Below the pieces are notes generated by a model that had not been told where the DNA came from, searched no databases, and was given only the letters and a program-made list of their open reading frames with translations. Source: Thermofilaceae archaeon (GTDB lineage Archaea > Thermoproteota > Thermoprotei > Thermofilales > Thermofilaceae). From it: a stretch of DNA of 64,000 nt. Position 1 is the stretch's first letter; each line of letters begins with the position of its first letter. Position numbers and translations under genes: made by a program. Location: contig JAWCCZ010000004.1 of assembly GCA_038861545.1 (NCBI GenBank), forward strand, positions 128,001-192,000, written 5' to 3'. Positions 61,263 through 64,000 of this stretch are shown here, piece by piece.

Positions 61263-62294
61263 TCAACTCATAATTCCAACATAGTTTCCTTTTGTAAACT
61301 TAGCCACACTAATCAGAAGCTTTGTTCCGCTTATTAATGGTTCAACATCCTCAGCTGATACTCTGTGCCTAGTATTTATTACAACTGTTTCGATCTTATT
61401 TCTGGCGATTAGTGAAGCAACATCCAGCACCGAGCGCACGGCTGGATCTAATGAGATATAACTTGAGTCGCCTCTTTTCCTCTCAAGAGGCACATTTGCA
61501 TTACCATCGCTGATAACTACAAGAACCGGCTCGTAACCCTTCCGTCTCTCCCTTAGAGCCATGTTGTAACCCAGGTACATTCCAGCGGCTAGCGGGGTGA
61601 AATCATCTAACCCAACGCGCACTATTTTGCCCAACATTAAGTTGAAATTCGTGGTAGGGTGCTGGACAATGGTTGCACTGGAACCCTTACATACGATCAA
61701 AGCTACACGGTCTCTGTACCTGCGAGCCTCTTTCTCTATAGCTTTGAGCGCGGTCATTATTCCCCTTATAGAGTACGCCATCGAAGCACTGGAGTCTAAG
61801 ACTATCACAAGCGAGACCCTAGCCCTACCGCTAAGTAGCTTAGCCATGAGCGATTCCCAGCTTATGGTGGGAAATTCCATCCGAGAAGCACTTTTCCTGA
61901 GAGTCGCAGGAAAGTGTATCTTGAAGTATCGCTTCTTCGGCAAGGTAGAATCAACTGTAAGAGAAGCCCCTTCCATCCTTCTCTTACCCTTATACCTTGC
62001 GCTTTTACGCGAAACATTGATCGCTAACTCTGTGAGCTGACTTGGCTCAACCCATCCCCCGAGAATTTTCAAACCCCTAGAGAGAGATAAAAAGTTCCTC
62101 TTGAAGTCTATGGAGGAAGAATAAGCTACGTAGACCGCCTTACGAGTTTTAAGCAGGGCCCTTTTACCTGAGTATATCGAATCTTTATTGAGAAGCATGC
62201 TTAGGATGAACCATATTACAGCTGCAAGCGCAGCCAGTACTAAGTCTATGAATGCTAAGGCTATTAGAAGCGCTCCCATGAAAAGCGTTAGCAA
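61263..62294 (-). CDS. ChlD-like vWA domain protein with N-terminal TM hairpin; possibly the +1 continuation of the upstream ATPase
   Basis: HFPATLR, MIDAS DSSAS, TPLA, ISDGNAN. Confidence 0.85.
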   Translation of the reverse strand: MLTLFMGALLIALAFIDLVLAALAAVIWFILSMLLNKDSIYSGKRALLKTRKAVYVAYSSSIDFKRNFLSLSRGLKILGGWVEPSQLTELAINVSRKSARYKGKRRMEGASLTVDSTLPKKRYFKIHFPATLRKSASRMEFPTISWESLMAKLLSGRARVSLVIVLDSSASMAYSIRGIMTALKAIEKEARRYRDRVALIVCKGSSATIVQHPTTNFNLMLGKIVRVGLDDFTPLAAGMYLGYNMALRERRKGYEPVLVVISDGNANVPLERKRGDSSYISLDPAVRSVLDVASLIARNKIETVVINTRHRVSAEDVEPLISGTKLLISVAKFTKGNYVGIMS

Positions 62295-62322
62295 TACATC
62301 GGCTTTCCTCGATAATCTAAGG

Positions 62323-63426
62323 TTAGAAACTCCACCTGGGAAAAAACTTTACCTGCTCTTTCTTTTCTTCTCCAGCTTTTTCCACCTTCTGCACGGGAAG
62401 CTTTTTACCTGAGACTTCGCTAAAAGCTGCTCGAAGCTCCTCTTTAGTGGGTGGCGGTTTTAATCCCTCCGCCCTTGTTCGGTGCCCCAATGCCAGCCTC
62501 AACCCTTCTATCGCATCCTCCTCAATAACTTCGTACCTCCCGTTCAGTGCTGCTAGAGCCCTAGCAACTTTTACAGCTACGATATCCGGCCTATAACCAT
62601 CAACTTCTAACCTTGCACAAACTTTTGAAATTAAATCTACTACCGAGTCGCTAACCTTTATTTTAGGAAGAAGTTCCTTCGCAATGGCTATTCTGGCTTT
62701 TATCTCTTCTTCTGCGGGCACCCACTTACTGATAAACAACTGAGGCTCGGATTCCAGCTCTAAATTCCTTTTTACTATTTCCATCCTCAACTTAGGGTCG
62801 TGTACAGTCTCTAGTTTTACACTTATAGCAAATCTGTCTAAGAGCTGAGGTCTAAGCTCGCCCTCTTCCGGATTCATTGTTCCTATCAGTATGAATCTCG
62901 CAGGATGCTTAAGAGATATCCCTTCCCTTTCCACGACGTTCCAACCAAACGCGGCTGAATCGAGGATCGAGTCTACTACGTGATCTGGGAGCAAATTAAC
63001 CTCATCGACATAAAGGATCTGTCTATTAGCCCTGCCAAGTAGACCTGGTTCGAAGACTAACCTACCTTCCCTAAGGGTTCTCTCAATGTTTATTGTACCC
63101 AAAACCATGTCCTCTGTAGCGCCTATCGGTAATTCAACTATCGACATCGGTACTTCGCTGATAAGTAGTTTCTCTCCGTGTTCCCATTTTGACCTGCATA
63201 AGTCACACATACCCTCAGGTGACTCGGGATCACAGTTGAATGGGCAACCTTTTACCACTTTTATAAGTGGTAAAAGGTTGGCGAAGCTTCTGACTATACT
63301 GGATTTACCTGTGCCCTTGGGACCCATAATTAATAAACCCCCAATTGATGGATCAACGGCTAAGACAAGAAGCGCCGTCTTTAGGTCATCCACTCCAACA
63401 TAAGCTGGGAAGGGTAGTAATCGCAC
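62323..63426 (-). CDS. ChlI-like (Mg/Co chelatase) AAA+ ATPase
   Basis: GPKGTGKS, CPFNCDP, YVDEVNLL, NPEEGELRPQLLDRF. Confidence 0.9.
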   Translation of the reverse strand: MRLLPFPAYVGVDDLKTALLVLAVDPSIGGLLIMGPKGTGKSSIVRSFANLLPLIKVVKGCPFNCDPESPEGMCDLCRSKWEHGEKLLISEVPMSIVELPIGATEDMVLGTINIERTLREGRLVFEPGLLGRANRQILYVDEVNLLPDHVVDSILDSAAFGWNVVEREGISLKHPARFILIGTMNPEEGELRPQLLDRFAISVKLETVHDPKLRMEIVKRNLELESEPQLFISKWVPAEEEIKARIAIAKELLPKIKVSDSVVDLISKVCARLEVDGYRPDIVAVKVARALAALNGRYEVIEEDAIEGLRLALGHRTRAEGLKPPPTKEELRAAFSEVSGKKLPVQKVEKAGEEKKEQVKFFPRWSF

Positions 63427-63496
63427 TCCATTACACCACTGTTAATATGCAGAAAATTAACTTATAAGCACTGCGCTAGATTTACGACTACTCTCA

Positions 63497-64000
63497 TTAA
63501 CGTAAGTGGAAAGTGATTTTTTCGTAACCGGTTACCCTTTCGCCTTCATCTATACGCATAATTATTATCCTGTCACTGATTATCTCGGAAGTTCCAGAAC
63601 ATTCAACCTCACTAACCTTCGAGTTAGGCGGGAGTACCCAGTACACTTCATAGGGGTATTCGGAAACCTCAGCCTCATACAAGTTTTCATAGTAGTTAAT
63701 ACCTTTCCGAGGCTTGCCTCTAAAGTGTATGAAAAACACTAGATAAGGCTCCTCCGGATTACCTTTAAACCCTAAGTTAGCTCCGATTACTAATGGTCTT
63801 ACACGTTCACCATTAATGACGGCTTCTTCCTTATCTAAGTGCGCCTGCATATTATAAGCTAGCTCTGAAAGCTCTTTATTCAGCCGCTCTATATTCCTGC
63901 TCACTCCCGCGTAGTACCTATTATAATCTAAGTACTCAAAAACTATAATTTGATTAAACTCTAAACTTTCACTTACGGTAAAAAAACCGCATGCGTGAAT
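63497..64000 (-). CDS. Conserved hypothetical protein, 5' end beyond the window
   Basis: Frame stays open from GTG 63904 to the window edge (IHACGFFTVSESLEFNQIIVFEYLD...). Confidence 0.7.
   Translation of the reverse strand: MHACGFFTVSESLEFNQIIVFEYLDYNRYYAGVSRNIERLNKELSELAYNMQAHLDKEEAVINGERVRPLVIGANLGFKGNPEEPYLVFFIHFRGKPRKGINYYENLYEAEVSEYPYEVYWVLPPNSKVSEVECSGTSEIISDRIIIMRIDEGERVTGYEKITFHLR

Overview
Gene-dense archaeal core-genome window, most likely Thermofilaceae (Thermoproteota). The assignment is inferred from the BHB tRNA introns, a permuted tRNA-Tyr, short XPF, single-chain acetate-CoA ligase and Cdc6. It holds housekeeping genes: proS, ileS, cysS, trm5, thiI, rnhB, pyrG, pyrK-pyrC-pyrD, prs, mevalonate/lipid genes (class II HMG-CoA reductase, ipk, GGPP synthase, GGR), XPB, Lhr, XPF, cdc6, sufCB, hypF, rhomboid and presenilin. 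No CRISPR array or mobile element was found. The interesting content is mostly invisible to the ORF track. (1) A circularly permuted tRNA-Tyr(GUA), broken at 59/60, appears to carry two tandem introns at 37/38; the first can fold into a cis-acting K-turn pseudouridylation guide aimed at its own U35. (2) There are two apparent +1 frameshifts at TTT-CCC, one needed to make full-length ProRS and one fusing a ChlI-like ATPase to a membrane-anchored vWA protein. (3) There is a 45-aa Glu/Trp microprotein. (4) There are up to four box C/D sRNAs, one matching 16S C1402. (5) A coiled-coil/membrane gene cluster lies divergent from cdc6. (6) An ASCH gene carries an in-frame TGA.
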